Assembly (NCBI GenBank): GCA_963676565.1
Contig: OY781089.1
Coordinates: 992,001-1,056,000, forward strand
Direction of reading: 5' to 3'
DNA: 64,000 nucleotides
Source: Halarcobacter sp.
Lineage (GTDB): Bacteria; Campylobacterota; Campylobacteria; Campylobacterales; Arcobacteraceae
The position numbers and the translations under genes are program-made. Shown here in pieces: positions 52,430 through 62,642 of this stretch (its first letter is position 1; the number at the start of each line of letters is the position of its first letter). The notes under the pieces are model-generated. The model ran no database searches. It was not told the origin of the DNA and worked only from the letters and a program-made list of their open reading frames with translations.

Positions 52430-53328
52430 TATTTATCAAGTTTAAGTAGATAGTCAACTACATTTTCAATAAATGCATCATGCTTTCTATCTTTTCTATA
52501 GGCAATATATAACTTTCTTGTCATTTTGTGATTACCAATTCTTGATTCATATAACGCACCTGCATTAATTAATGACTCAATTGCATTTCTTGAAACAATT
52601 GAAACTGTAGGAGTATCATCTTTATCTGAGTGTAAAACTGTTTGAACAATAGTTGTTGCACTTGTAACTTCACTTGTTACATTAAATGTATCACAATCAG
52701 GATAATTAGCTTTATCTAAAACATCTTTGAAAATATGTCTTGTATGTGAATCTGGATTTCTACATACCCATCTATAAGATAATAAATCTTCTGCTTTTGC
52801 TTTTGCTGGAAGCTCTTGATTTGAGAAAATTACAATCTCATCATCCATCCATTCTCTATAGATAATATCTTCATCTGAAACGTAGTTTTCAACTAAAGCA
52901 ATATCAATCTTTTTATCCAATAGATCTTCAATAGCTTTATGGGAAACTGAAACATTAATAGAAACATCATTATTGATATTTTCTTTTAACTTATTTAAAA
53001 ATCTAGGTAAAATATAATTACCAATGATAAAAGAAGCACCAAATACAAAGGTAACATCTTTATTCATTATTTTTAATAACTCTTTTTCACCATTGTTAAC
53101 ACATCTTTCAATTTTTTGTGCGATAGCATATAGCATTTGACCCTCTTTTGTAAGTCTAATACCATTCTTCTTTCTATCAACAACTTGAACATCTAGATAG
53201 TTTTCAATATATCTCATTTGTTGTGTAACAGCTGGCTGAGAGATACCCAATTTAGAAGATGCTTTTGAAAATGATTTTTCCCTTACTACGGTCAAAAAAG
53301 TTTCTAATTTTGCGAAATCTGTAAGCAT
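52429..53328 (-). CDS. LysR-family transcriptional regulator
   Basis: SFSKASSKLGISQPAVTQQMRYIE HTH, RLTKEG; 299 aa. Confidence 0.95.
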   Translation of the reverse strand: MLTDFAKLETFLTVVREKSFSKASSKLGISQPAVTQQMRYIENYLDVQVVDRKKNGIRLTKEGQMLYAIAQKIERCVNNGEKELLKIMNKDVTFVFGASFIIGNYILPRFLNKLKENINNDVSINVSVSHKAIEDLLDKKIDIALVENYVSDEDIIYREWMDDEIVIFSNQELPAKAKAEDLLSYRWVCRNPDSHTRHIFKDVLDKANYPDCDTFNVTSEVTSATTIVQTVLHSDKDDTPTVSIVSRNAIESLINAGALYESRIGNHKMTRKLYIAYRKDRKHDAFIENVVDYLLKLDK

Positions 53329-53360
53329 TCTTATAACCTTTAATAATATGTGATGATAAT

Positions 53361-53377
53361 TATAACATTAGTTTATA
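53361..53377. promoter_or_regulatory. Possible LysR autoregulatory site TATAA-N7-TTATA
   Basis: T-N11-A dyad just upstream of the lysR start; AT-rich context weakens it. Confidence 0.3.
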
Positions 53378-53417
53378 CATACAATTATTAAATGAATTAA
53401 TTCTTTTATGAAAAATT

Positions 53418-53426
53418 TGTTATAAT
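53418..53426 (+). promoter_or_regulatory. Extended -10 (TGTTATAAT) for the uvrD operon
   Basis: Exact TGnTATAAT. Confidence 0.55.
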
Positions 53427-53478
53427 ATATATAATATTGAGCTATTTTTCTGGGTTTAGTATTAATATTGGAGATAAA

Positions 53479-55533
53479 ATGTCAGATAATTTTTTAAATT
53501 CGTTAAATGATTCACAAAAAGATGCTGCCGTTCATATAGATGGTTCATTACTTATTTTAGCAGGTGCAGGTTCAGGTAAAACAAAAACAATTACAACAAG
53601 GTTAGCTTATCTTATTTCAATAGGGATTGATCCCTCTTCCATATTAACATTAACCTTTACAAACAAAGCAGCTTCTGAGATGAGAGAAAGAGCATTTAGA
53701 ATGATTGACCCATCTATGATTAATACACCTCCATTACTTTGTACTTTCCATAAATTTGGCCTTTTATTTTTAAAATTCCATATGACTGAACTTGGAAGAA
53801 AAAACTCTTTTATAATAATTGACAATGATGATAAAAAAAGAATTTTAAAATCGATAGATAAAGAGATCACAACTTCACTTTTAGTTTCAGAAATTTCAAA
53901 ATATAAAAATACTTTAATAACTCCTAGTGAAGCTAAGGCAACTGCCCAATTAAAACTATATCAACAAATTGCAGATATTTATGAAAAATATGAAGCGTAT
54001 TTATTAAAAAACAATCTTGTTGATTTTGATGACTTACTTCTATTACCATATATGATTTTAGAAAAAAATGAAGAGTTGGCAAAAGAAACTAGTCAACGAT
54101 ATCAATATGTTATGGTAGATGAGTATCAAGATACAAATGAATTACAATATAAACTATTAAGAAAACTTTGTTGTACACACAATAATATTTGTGTTGTTGG
54201 TGATGATGACCAGTCTATTTATGGATGGCGTGGTGCAACTATTAAAAATATTTTAAATTTTTCAGATCATTTTGAAGGTACAAAGGTTGTAAAACTAGAG
54301 GAGAATTATCGTTCAACAAATACAATCTTAGAACATGCAAACCAACTTATTGAACACAATAGAGATAGATTAGGTAAGAAACTAATTGGAACTAGAAAAA
54401 AAGGTGATTCAGTAAGAGTATATGAATCACATGATGAAAATGAAGAAACTAGAAAACTAATTGATGATATTAGAAAACTTGTTGCTTCAGGTGAATCAGC
54501 TAGAGATATTGCAATTTTATTTAGGGTAAATGCCCTTTCTAGATCACTTGAAGAGGGCTTTAATAAAGCTGGTATTAGTTACAGGCTTATTGGTGGAATG
54601 AAATTCTACGAAAGAGCAGAGATTAAAGATTTAATTGCATATTTTAGAATCTTAACAAACACAACTGATAACTTTTCATTAAAAAGAATAATCAATAAAC
54701 CCAAAAGGGGAATTGGAAAAACTACAATTGATAAACTTGATGCAAAATCACTTGAAATTAAAAAACCAATTTTTACAATATTGGAAGAGTATAGCGCAGA
54801 TGAATTATCAGCCATTGTTGGGAAGAAAAACTCAAGAACTTTAAAAGTATTTATGGCCTCAATTATGGATTTGAGAGAGGCTTTAGAAGAATCAAAAATG
54901 AGATTTTTAGATTCCTTTGAAGATACTTTTGATTACAGAGCTTCTTATGATAATGTACCTGATGGTTTTGATAGACAAGCAAATATTGATGAATTTTATG
55001 GATATATTAGAGACTATTTTATCCAGAATCCTCATTTATCATTGGAAGATTTTTTAAATGAGATTGCCTTAGATTCAGAAAATAGTGAATTAACAGACCA
55101 AGCTGTTTCAATGATGTCTATTCACTCTGCAAAGGGTTTAGAATATAAACATCTTTTTATCATAGGTCTTGAAGAGGGATTTTTCCCAATTACCGGAGAT
55201 GGAAGTGATATTGAAGAGGAAAGAAGATTAGGTTATGTTGGAATAACTAGAGCTATGGATACTTTAACCATGTCTTTTGTTCATTCAAGATTTTACAAAG
55301 GGAAGAGGGCAACACTTTTAAAAAGTAGATTTTTAAGTGAAGCTGGACTTATAAAAGGTAGTTTGCAACTTGAAAAACACTCAAACTATAAAAAAGGTGA
55401 TTTAGTTCAACATAAAATTTTTGGAATGGGAAGAGTTCAAAAAGCAACTAAAGCAGGAAAAGATTATAAGTTAACCATAAATTTTGGTGGACAAAGAAGA
55501 GATATACTTTCAAGTTTTGTTGAAAAAATTTAG
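53479..55533 (+). CDS. uvrD: UvrD/PcrA/Rep SF1 DNA helicase
   Basis: AGAGSGKT, TFTNKAA, VDEYQD, VGDDDQSIYGWRGA, NYRS, HSAKGLE, EEERRLGYV; ATG 53479 with GGAG RBS. Confidence 0.93.
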   Translation: MSDNFLNSLNDSQKDAAVHIDGSLLILAGAGSGKTKTITTRLAYLISIGIDPSSILTLTFTNKAASEMRERAFRMIDPSMINTPPLLCTFHKFGLLFLKFHMTELGRKNSFIIIDNDDKKRILKSIDKEITTSLLVSEISKYKNTLITPSEAKATAQLKLYQQIADIYEKYEAYLLKNNLVDFDDLLLLPYMILEKNEELAKETSQRYQYVMVDEYQDTNELQYKLLRKLCCTHNNICVVGDDDQSIYGWRGATIKNILNFSDHFEGTKVVKLEENYRSTNTILEHANQLIEHNRDRLGKKLIGTRKKGDSVRVYESHDENEETRKLIDDIRKLVASGESARDIAILFRVNALSRSLEEGFNKAGISYRLIGGMKFYERAEIKDLIAYFRILTNTTDNFSLKRIINKPKRGIGKTTIDKLDAKSLEIKKPIFTILEEYSADELSAIVGKKNSRTLKVFMASIMDLREALEESKMRFLDSFEDTFDYRASYDNVPDGFDRQANIDEFYGYIRDYFIQNPHLSLEDFLNEIALDSENSELTDQAVSMMSIHSAKGLEYKHLFIIGLEEGFFPITGDGSDIEEERRLGYVGITRAMDTLTMSFVHSRFYKGKRATLLKSRFLSEAGLIKGSLQLEKHSNYKKGDLVQHKIFGMGRVQKATKAGKDYKLTINFGGQRRDILSSFVEKI

Positions 55534-55552
55534 AGATAAAATTTAAAAATTA

Positions 55553-56407
55553 ATGCAAAAAAAATTATACGATAATAAACAATTAAATAAATTAATTGTT
55601 GTAAATAAACCTATTTTTAGAAGTTCAAATTCATATTTAAATGAGATAAAAAGAAAATATAGAAATAAAAAAGCAGGATTTAGTGGAACCCTTGATCCTT
55701 TTGCTTGCGGATGTTTGATAGTTGCCTTTGGACAATATTCAAAACTATTTCAATTTTTGAAAAAAACACCTAAAACATATTGTGCTGTTATTTGGTTGGG
55801 TGCAACTTCACACTCCCTTGATATTGAAAATATTATTGATATAGAAGATGAACAAAAAGTTGATAAAACTTTATTAGAAAAAGAGATTAAAAATTTAGTT
55901 GGTACCCATGAATATTTTCCTCCAAAATTTTCAGCTAAAAAAATCGATGGTAAAAGAGCTTATGATTTAGCAAGGGAAGGTGTTGATGTTCAAATGAAAA
56001 AATCAACTATGGAAATCTTTGATACAAAGTTTATCTCTTATAAACATCCTTTTATTACATTTGAATCAACAGTTAGCGAAGGTTCATATATTAGAAGCTT
56101 AGCTCAGATATTACTTGAAAGATTAAATAGAAGAGGAACACTTTCATATCTTAATAGATTAAATGAAGGTGAATTTTTTTATGAAAATGAAAAAGATTTA
56201 AATCCTTTAGATTTTTTAGATTTAAAAGAAAATAAATATTTTGGAGATAAAAGCTATTTTTATAATGGAAAGAAAATACTTGTTGAGTATTTTCAATATA
56301 AAGAAGATGGAAAATACCTTGTAAAATTTGATGACTTTTTTAGTATAATCCAAATTGAAAATAAAGAAGTGAAATATTTATTAAATAAGGTATTGTATGG
56401 TTCGTAA
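55553..56407 (+). CDS. truB: tRNA pseudouridine-55 synthase
   Basis: KAGFSGTLDPFA, PPKFSAKKIDGKRAY, GSYIRSL. Confidence 0.95.
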   Translation: MQKKLYDNKQLNKLIVVNKPIFRSSNSYLNEIKRKYRNKKAGFSGTLDPFACGCLIVAFGQYSKLFQFLKKTPKTYCAVIWLGATSHSLDIENIIDIEDEQKVDKTLLEKEIKNLVGTHEYFPPKFSAKKIDGKRAYDLAREGVDVQMKKSTMEIFDTKFISYKHPFITFESTVSEGSYIRSLAQILLERLNRRGTLSYLNRLNEGEFFYENEKDLNPLDFLDLKENKYFGDKSYFYNGKKILVEYFQYKEDGKYLVKFDDFFSIIQIENKEVKYLLNKVLYGS

Positions 56408-57158
56408 GAGTTTTGCAAAAGTTAATATATTTTTAAAAATTGCTGGCAAAAGGAAAACTTACCACGAATTAGTTTCTAGATTTGTACGAGTTCATTCTTT
56501 ATATGATGTAATATCTTTTGAAGCAGGGGTTTTCAAAGACTTTACTCTTGTAGGAAAGTTTGGATGTGAAACTAAAAAAAATACAATATATAAAGCTTAT
56601 GAAAAATTAAAAGAGATTTCGCCAAGTGTTGAAGAGTATTTTAAAAAAAATTGTGTGATTGTTGATAAAAGAATTCCAGAGTTTGCAGGACTTGGTGGTG
56701 GAAGTTCTAATGCTGCAACATTTATGATTATGGCAAATGAACTTTGTGATTTAAATTTAACTAAAGATGAACTTTGTAATATTTCAGTACAAATAGGTGC
56801 AGATGTTCCATTCTTTGTATATGAGTATGATAGTGCAAATGTTACTGGAATTGGTGAAATAGTAGAGAAATTTGAAGAAGAGGTTTTAGATATTGAAGTT
56901 ATAACACCAAAAATTGAGTGTAATACAGGGCAAATTTTCAAAATATTTAGAGAAAAGTTTTATAAAGAGATTTCAGAAAATGAAAAAGAAAAACTTTTAT
57001 CTATGAATTCTAAAGATATATTGAATCATCTAGATATTATTGAAGCAAATGATTTGTTTGCACCAGCTAGTGATATTTATCCCCAATTAAATAGCTATAA
57101 TAAAGACAATTTCTACTTTAGTGGAAGTGGAAGTTCTTTTTTCAAAATTAAAGGTTAA
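56397..57158 (+). CDS. ispE: 4-diphosphocytidyl-2-C-methyl-D-erythritol kinase
   Basis: [37 protein letters not shown]. Confidence 0.95.
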   Translation: MVRKSFAKVNIFLKIAGKRKTYHELVSRFVRVHSLYDVISFEAGVFKDFTLVGKFGCETKKNTIYKAYEKLKEISPSVEEYFKKNCVIVDKRIPEFAGLGGGSSNAATFMIMANELCDLNLTKDELCNISVQIGADVPFFVYEYDSANVTGIGEIVEKFEEEVLDIEVITPKIECNTGQIFKIFREKFYKEISENEKEKLLSMNSKDILNHLDIIEANDLFAPASDIYPQLNSYNKDNFYFSGSGSSFFKIKG

Positions 57159-57162
57159 CAAT

Positions 57163-57633
57163 ATGAGTAAAAAAGAAGCTAATAAAAATCAAGTTTTTAA
57201 AAATAGAAAAGCCTTTCATGATTATGAGATTTTAGAGACTTTAGAGGTTGGAATTGTTTTAGAGGGAAGTGAAGTAAAAGCAGCGAGGGAAGGAAGAGTA
57301 AATCTTAAAGATAGCTTTGTTAGAATAATCAAAAATGAAGTTTTTGTTTTAAACATGCATATTACACATTTGAGTACAACTCATTCAACTTATAGACCTA
57401 ATGAAAGAAGGGATAGAAAACTTTTATTACATAGAAAACAAATTGATAAGCTTTTTTCAAAGGTAACCAAAGATGGAATCACTTTAATTCCATTAAAGAT
57501 GTATTTTAATTCAAAGAATATGATTAAAATGCAAATTGCAACAGCAAAAGGTAAGAAACTTCACGATAAAAGGGAAGACTTAAAAGAAAAATCAATGAAT
57601 AGAGATATTCAAAGAGCCTTAAAAAACTATTAA
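57163..57633 (+). CDS. smpB: SsrA-binding protein
   Basis: [32 protein letters not shown] 57163. Confidence 0.97.
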   Translation: MSKKEANKNQVFKNRKAFHDYEILETLEVGIVLEGSEVKAAREGRVNLKDSFVRIIKNEVFVLNMHITHLSTTHSTYRPNERRDRKLLLHRKQIDKLFSKVTKDGITLIPLKMYFNSKNMIKMQIATAKGKKLHDKREDLKEKSMNRDIQRALKNY

Positions 57634-57730
57634 AATATTATTTTTATGAAACTTTTATACAAAAAATAGGCTATTATCTAAAATTAAATAAAACTTAAAA
57701 AAAAATATTTAATAAATTATTAAATAGAAG

Positions 57731-57797
57731 TGTTAATTTTTTGTTAATTTTAAGTTTTTCTTCGTTAAGATAACCGGATAAGTGACAAAAAAGTGAC
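57731..57797. promoter_or_regulatory. ccoN upstream direct repeats: TGTTAATTTT x2 and GTGAC-N6-GTGAC
   Basis: Two separate 11-nt-period repeats flanking a candidate -10 (TAAGAT, 57766). Confidence 0.45.
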
Positions 57798-57824
57798 TTT
57801 AAAAAAATTAGTAGGAGGAGATTG

Positions 57825-59291
57825 ATGCAAAACGGTGCACGAATCGAGTATGATTACTCAATTGCAAAAGCGTTTACATTTGCAACAATTCTGTTTGGTA
57901 TCATTGGTATGACTGTTGGTGTTATACTTGCATTTCAACTTGCGTTTCCAAGTTTAAACAACTTAGCAGGTGAATATGGTACATTCAGTAGATTAAGACC
58001 TTTACACACAAATGGTGTTGCTTTTGGTTTTACTCTTAGTGGTATCTTTGCTACATGGTATTATGTATCGCAAAGAATTTTAAAAGTATCTCTTAAAGAG
58101 TCTCCATTTTTATTAGCAATAGGTAAATTACACTTTGTTCTTTACTTTATTACTATTCTTTTAGCAGTTGTAACTTTATTTATGGGTATTACAACTTCAA
58201 AAGAGTATGCTGAATTAGAATGGCCTTTAGATATTCTTATTGTTGTTTGGTGGGTACTATGGGGTATCTCAATTTTTGGAATGATTGGTATTAGAAGAGA
58301 AAGAACTCTATATATTTCTATGTGGTACTATATTGCATGTTTTATCGCAGTTGCAATGTTACACCTATTTAATAATATGGAAGTTCCAACTGCTCTAGTT
58401 TCTGGATATGGTTCATGGATTCACTCAGTATCTATGTATGCTGGTACAAATGATGCCTTAGTTCAGTGGTGGTATGGACATAATGCTGTTGCATTCGTAT
58501 TTACAACACCAATTATTGCTATGATTTACTATTTCTTACCAAAAGAATCAGGACAAAATGTTTACTCATATAAGTTATCTATTTTAGCTTTCTGGGGATT
58601 AATGTTCGTATATCTTTGGGCTGGTGGACACCACTTAGTATATTCTACTGTTCCAGATTGGATGCAAACTATGGGTTCTGTAATGTCTGTTGTATTAATT
58701 TTACCATCATGGGGATCTGCTATTAATATGCTTTTAACTATGAAAGGTGAGTGGCAACAATTACAAACTAATACACTAATTAAATTTATGGTATTAGCTT
58801 CGACATTCTATATGTTATCGACAATTGAAGGACCAATTCAATCAATCAAATCTGTTAATGCTATTGCTCACTTTACTGACTGGATTCCAGGTCACGTACA
58901 TGATGGTGTTTTAGGATGGGTTGTATTCATGATTATGGCTGCATTATTCCATATGGCACCAAGAATGTTTGGTAGAGAGATTTACTCTAAATCGTTAATG
59001 GATACTCAATTCTGGTTACAAACAACTGGTATTGTTTTATACTTTACATCTATGTGGATTGCAGGTATTACTCAAGGTATGATGTGGAGAGCATATGATG
59101 AATATGGTTCATTAGTTTACTCTTTCATTGATACTGTAACTGTATTACATCCATATTATACAATTAGAGCTGTTGGTGGGTTATTATACCTAATCGGATT
59201 CTTTATGTTCGCATACAATATGTACAAAACTGCAACTGCAGGTAGAGTACTTGATAAAGAACCAGTAAATGCTTCGCCAGTAGCAGCGTAA
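57825..59291 (+). CDS. ccoN: cbb3-type cytochrome c oxidase subunit I
   Basis: RLRPLHTN, KEYAELEW, WWYGHNAV, WAGGHH, HFTDW..GHVH. Confidence 0.98.
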   Translation: MQNGARIEYDYSIAKAFTFATILFGIIGMTVGVILAFQLAFPSLNNLAGEYGTFSRLRPLHTNGVAFGFTLSGIFATWYYVSQRILKVSLKESPFLLAIGKLHFVLYFITILLAVVTLFMGITTSKEYAELEWPLDILIVVWWVLWGISIFGMIGIRRERTLYISMWYYIACFIAVAMLHLFNNMEVPTALVSGYGSWIHSVSMYAGTNDALVQWWYGHNAVAFVFTTPIIAMIYYFLPKESGQNVYSYKLSILAFWGLMFVYLWAGGHHLVYSTVPDWMQTMGSVMSVVLILPSWGSAINMLLTMKGEWQQLQTNTLIKFMVLASTFYMLSTIEGPIQSIKSVNAIAHFTDWIPGHVHDGVLGWVVFMIMAALFHMAPRMFGREIYSKSLMDTQFWLQTTGIVLYFTSMWIAGITQGMMWRAYDEYGSLVYSFIDTVTVLHPYYTIRAVGGLLYLIGFFMFAYNMYKTATAGRVLDKEPVNASPVAA

Positions 59292-59307
59292 GAAGGAGGG
59301 TAAGATT

Positions 59308-59991
59308 ATGTTTCATTGGTTTGAACAAAGACCGTTTTTCTTTTCGGTACTATTATTTATATTCGTTGCGTTTGCAGGTATTGTAGAAGTTATTCCTGAT
59401 TTTGCTAAGCAATCAAGACCAACTCTTGGTACAAAGCCATACTCTGTTCTTGAATTAGCAGGAAGACATGTTTACATTAAAGATTCTTGTAATGCTTGTC
59501 ACTCACAGTTAATTAGACCATTTAAATCAGAAACTGATAGATATGGTATGTATTCACTATCTGGTGAGTATGCATATGATAGACCATTTCTTTGGGGATC
59601 AAAAAGAACTGGTCCAGATTTAATGAGAGTTGGTAATTATAGAACTACTGATTGGCACGAGAATCACATGATGGATCCAGCTTCAGTTGTACCAGGTTCA
59701 ATTATGCCTGCGTACCCACATCATTTTACAAACATGGCTGATTTAGATACAGCTTATGGTGAAGCTTATACAGTTAAAAATGTATTTAATACTCCATATG
59801 ATGTAGATATTGATGGTGATGGAAAAGTTGATGTAGAACTAGGTGATTATGAAACAGCTATTGCAAAAGCTAAAGAAGAAGCAAAAGCAATCGCTGCAGA
59901 TATGAAAAATCAAGCTGTAAAAGACGCCGTAGCTAACGGTCAAGTTCCTGAAATTGTTGCATTAATTGCATATTTAAATTCTTTAAAATAA
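59308..59991 (+). CDS. ccoO: cbb3-type oxidase subunit II (monohaem c)
   Basis: CNACHSQLIRP, WGSKRTGPDL, SIMPAY, ALIAYL. Confidence 0.97.
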   Translation: MFHWFEQRPFFFSVLLFIFVAFAGIVEVIPDFAKQSRPTLGTKPYSVLELAGRHVYIKDSCNACHSQLIRPFKSETDRYGMYSLSGEYAYDRPFLWGSKRTGPDLMRVGNYRTTDWHENHMMDPASVVPGSIMPAYPHHFTNMADLDTAYGEAYTVKNVFNTPYDVDIDGDGKVDVELGDYETAIAKAKEEAKAIAADMKNQAVKDAVANGQVPEIVALIAYLNSLK

Positions 59992-60000
59992 GAGGTTAAA

Positions 60001-60225
60001 ATGGATCAAGAAACTCTGCTTACTATACAAGGATATGCGAAATTTTTCCTAATCCTTGTTGTATTCATCGTATTTTATTCTTATGCATTTTCTATGTATA
60101 GAAGACAAAAAAAAGGTGAAAGAGATTTTGAAAAGTATTCAGATCTAGTACACGATGATAGTATAGCAGCTGATCCTCTCGAAAAAAGAAAAGAAGAACA
60201 AGAGAAAAAAGAGAAGGAGATATAA
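60001..60225 (+). CDS. ccoQ: cbb3-type oxidase subunit CcoQ
   Basis: One TM helix plus RDFEKYS..HDD; position in the operon. Confidence 0.88.
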   Translation: MDQETLLTIQGYAKFFLILVVFIVFYSYAFSMYRRQKKGERDFEKYSDLVHDDSIAADPLEKRKEEQEKKEKEI

Positions 60226-60227
60226 TT

Positions 60228-61121
60228 ATGAAATCTATGGTTATAGGTGGAATTATTCTTATCGTTGCTCTAATCGCAGGAACTTACATAGTTGCAGGTG
60301 ATGCTTTAAGCAGCGATATTTCAATAGAAAGTAGTTTAACATTCTTAGGTGCAATTTGTGTAATTACTATTACTGTATTTGTAGCACTTAAATATGTTAA
60401 TCAAATTAAAAATGACACAGCTAGTGGTGAACTATCTGAAGAAGCTTGGGATGGAATTGGTGAATATAAAAATGAAATCCCTACTGGATGGGCTTTAGCT
60501 TTTGTTGGTACTATGGTTTGGTTAGTATGGTACTGGACAGTAGGTTATCCAACAAATGGTTTCTCACAAATTGGTCAATGGAATGAAGAAGTTAATGAGT
60601 ATAATGCAAGATTTGAATCTAAATGGGAAAACCCAACTAATGATACTTTAGTTGCAATGGGTGAATCAACATTCTTAGTTCAATGTGCACCTTGTCATGG
60701 TGTTGATGCTGAAGGTATCAATGGAAAAGCTCATAACTTAACAAAAAGATTTAGTAAAGAGCAAGTTGTTCATGTTATTAAAAATGGTGCAAATAGTTTA
60801 AAAACTGCATATCCTGCAGGTATGCCTCCAATGATGTTAACTGAAGAGAAAGATATCAATGAAGTAGCTGAGTATGTTGCAGGTGGATTCAAAGGTGAAC
60901 AACCAGCTATGTATTCTGTATGTGCTGGATGTCATGGTGCTGATGGTGCTGGTATGGCATTTGTTGCTCCAAATATCAAAGCATATGATGATGCTTTAGT
61001 TACTGCAGTTTTAACTGATGGTAAAAAAGGAAGCATTGGTATGATGCCAAGTTTCAAAGGTAGATTGAACGAAACTCAAGAAAAAGCACTAGCTGCTTAT
61101 ATTAGAAGTTTAGGAGAGTAA
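60228..61121 (+). CDS. ccoP: cbb3-type oxidase subunit III (dihaem c)
   Basis: WDGIGEY.N, CAPCH, CAGCH, GMMPSF. Confidence 0.96.
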   Translation: MKSMVIGGIILIVALIAGTYIVAGDALSSDISIESSLTFLGAICVITITVFVALKYVNQIKNDTASGELSEEAWDGIGEYKNEIPTGWALAFVGTMVWLVWYWTVGYPTNGFSQIGQWNEEVNEYNARFESKWENPTNDTLVAMGESTFLVQCAPCHGVDAEGINGKAHNLTKRFSKEQVVHVIKNGANSLKTAYPAGMPPMMLTEEKDINEVAEYVAGGFKGEQPAMYSVCAGCHGADGAGMAFVAPNIKAYDDALVTAVLTDGKKGSIGMMPSFKGRLNETQEKALAAYIRSLGE

Positions 61122-61122
61122 G

Positions 61123-61362
61123 ATGGCTGGAAACACTCAAATGAATGATAACGAAAGAGGATTATTTTCTCTAATGCACGGAATCACAGGAATGTTAATA
61201 GCAGTAGTATTACTTTTAACTATTCTTGCAGTTTTAGTTTTCAACGCAGTTGTGGTACAACAAAGAGAAGCACAAAACTTCTATAAAGTAAACCAAGATT
61301 TAAATGGTTTAAAAGCTGTTGATAGAAGTAACCACAAGCAATATGAATTAGTTGGGAAATAA
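61123..61362 (+). CDS. DUF4006-like small membrane protein
   Basis: ERGLFSLMHGITGMLIAVVLLLTIL; conserved position after ccoP in Campylobacterota. Confidence 0.8.
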   Translation: MAGNTQMNDNERGLFSLMHGITGMLIAVVLLLTILAVLVFNAVVVQQREAQNFYKVNQDLNGLKAVDRSNHKQYELVGK

Positions 61363-61371
61363 GGAGACACA

Positions 61372-61467
61372 ATGTTATACAGATTAATTTGGCTAGGTAT
61401 GGGAATCATGGCAGTTTTATCAATCTATTTAGGTTTCTTTGATTCAACTAGAGTATTCGTTGGTTAA
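61372..61467 (+). CDS. 31-aa single-TM small protein (not in the ORF track)
   Basis: AAGGAG RBS; MLYRLIWLGMGIMAVLSIYLGFFDSTRVFVG; TAATG overlap with the next gene. Confidence 0.75.
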   Translation: MLYRLIWLGMGIMAVLSIYLGFFDSTRVFVG

Positions 61468-62096
61468 TGAAAAGTTTAAATATTAATATAAAAGTAGCAG
61501 TATTCTCACTGCTACTTTTTTTATCTACTCAATCTTTCGCAAGCAAATTCGTTTTAAATGATGGTGGTTTAATTGATCCAAGAACTATTACTAAAGTAGA
61601 AGAGATTGGAAATGAAACACAAGCAAAACTTGGTGTAAATATTTACACTTATGTAAAGCAATCATTTGGATTACCAGAAAATACACCAACAAAAGATAAA
61701 ATTAAATATATAAAAGATTATGAGTCTCAAATTATTCCTAGTTTGAAAAGCCCTTATGTTCTACTAACAATGTCAGTGGAAGACACACATGTAAATTTAA
61801 TTGTATCTTCAAACTTAAAAAAAATCGTAGATAAAAATGAGATTTTAAACGACTATGTTGTACCATTGCTTGCTTCAAAAGATAAGAACTCAACTTATGC
61901 AAAAGCAAGTGCTGCTATTTTAAATGGTTATGCTGCTATTGCTGATACTATTGCCGAATCAAGGGGAATAGAACTTGAAAGTAGTATAGGAAGTTCAGGT
62001 AAAGTAGCTGGGACTATTTGGAGAGTGTTTATGTACTCTTTAGTGGTTGTTGGGATTTTATTATATACTTTTGCGGTTTTAAGAAGAAAAAAATAG
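61467..62096 (+). CDS. TPM-like exported membrane-anchored protein
   Basis: Signal peptide, soluble domain, ILNGYAAIAD.IA motif, C-terminal TM helix plus RRKK. Confidence 0.65.
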   Translation: MKSLNINIKVAVFSLLLFLSTQSFASKFVLNDGGLIDPRTITKVEEIGNETQAKLGVNIYTYVKQSFGLPENTPTKDKIKYIKDYESQIIPSLKSPYVLLTMSVEDTHVNLIVSSNLKKIVDKNEILNDYVVPLLASKDKNSTYAKASAAILNGYAAIADTIAESRGIELESSIGSSGKVAGTIWRVFMYSLVVVGILLYTFAVLRRKK

Positions 62097-62108
62097 GATT
62101 TTAAAACA

Positions 62109-62642
62109 ATGAAAAGAAATTATTGGCCTTTGTTTTTTATAGGTATATTTTCTTTTGTATTTGCAATGATTGTATGGACAATTATGTCAGCATCTAAAGT
62201 TCCAGTGAATAAAGATGAAACATTTTTAACTTCATATCAAGATGTTGATAACAATTACAATAAAATAGTACATTCAAATGAAAACTTTGAAAAAAAATAC
62301 GACTTTAAATTAAATGTTAATGGAAAGCAGTTTGGCTTAGTTTACAAAGATATGTTCTTGGCTCAGAGAGTTATAGAAAAAGTATCAAAACATAAAGATA
62401 TTTTTAACTTTGGATCAAATGAAATTAAAGTGACTGTTTTGGATAAAAAAACAGGAAAAACAATTGAAGATTTTGATGTTCGATTAAGAATATCAAGACC
62501 AACAAACCATGATGCAACTATGGATTTTAATGAAAAAGAATTTAAAGTTGATCTACCACTAAAAGGAAATTGGAATATCACAGGACAAGTAAAAGTTGCT
62601 GATGATATTGGATATTTTTATATAAAATCTAATGCAAGATAA
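62109..62642 (+). CDS. FixH/CcoH-family cbb3 assembly protein
   Basis: NYWPLF plus TM helix, YQDVD.NYN, RP..H, LPLKGNW; cco context. Confidence 0.75.
   Translation: MKRNYWPLFFIGIFSFVFAMIVWTIMSASKVPVNKDETFLTSYQDVDNNYNKIVHSNENFEKKYDFKLNVNGKQFGLVYKDMFLAQRVIEKVSKHKDIFNFGSNEIKVTVLDKKTGKTIEDFDVRLRISRPTNHDATMDFNEKEFKVDLPLKGNWNITGQVKVADDIGYFYIKSNAR

Noticed and set aside
57634..57821. tmRNA (ssrA) next to smpB
   Set aside because: The spacer is short and AT-rich with no tRNA-like ends
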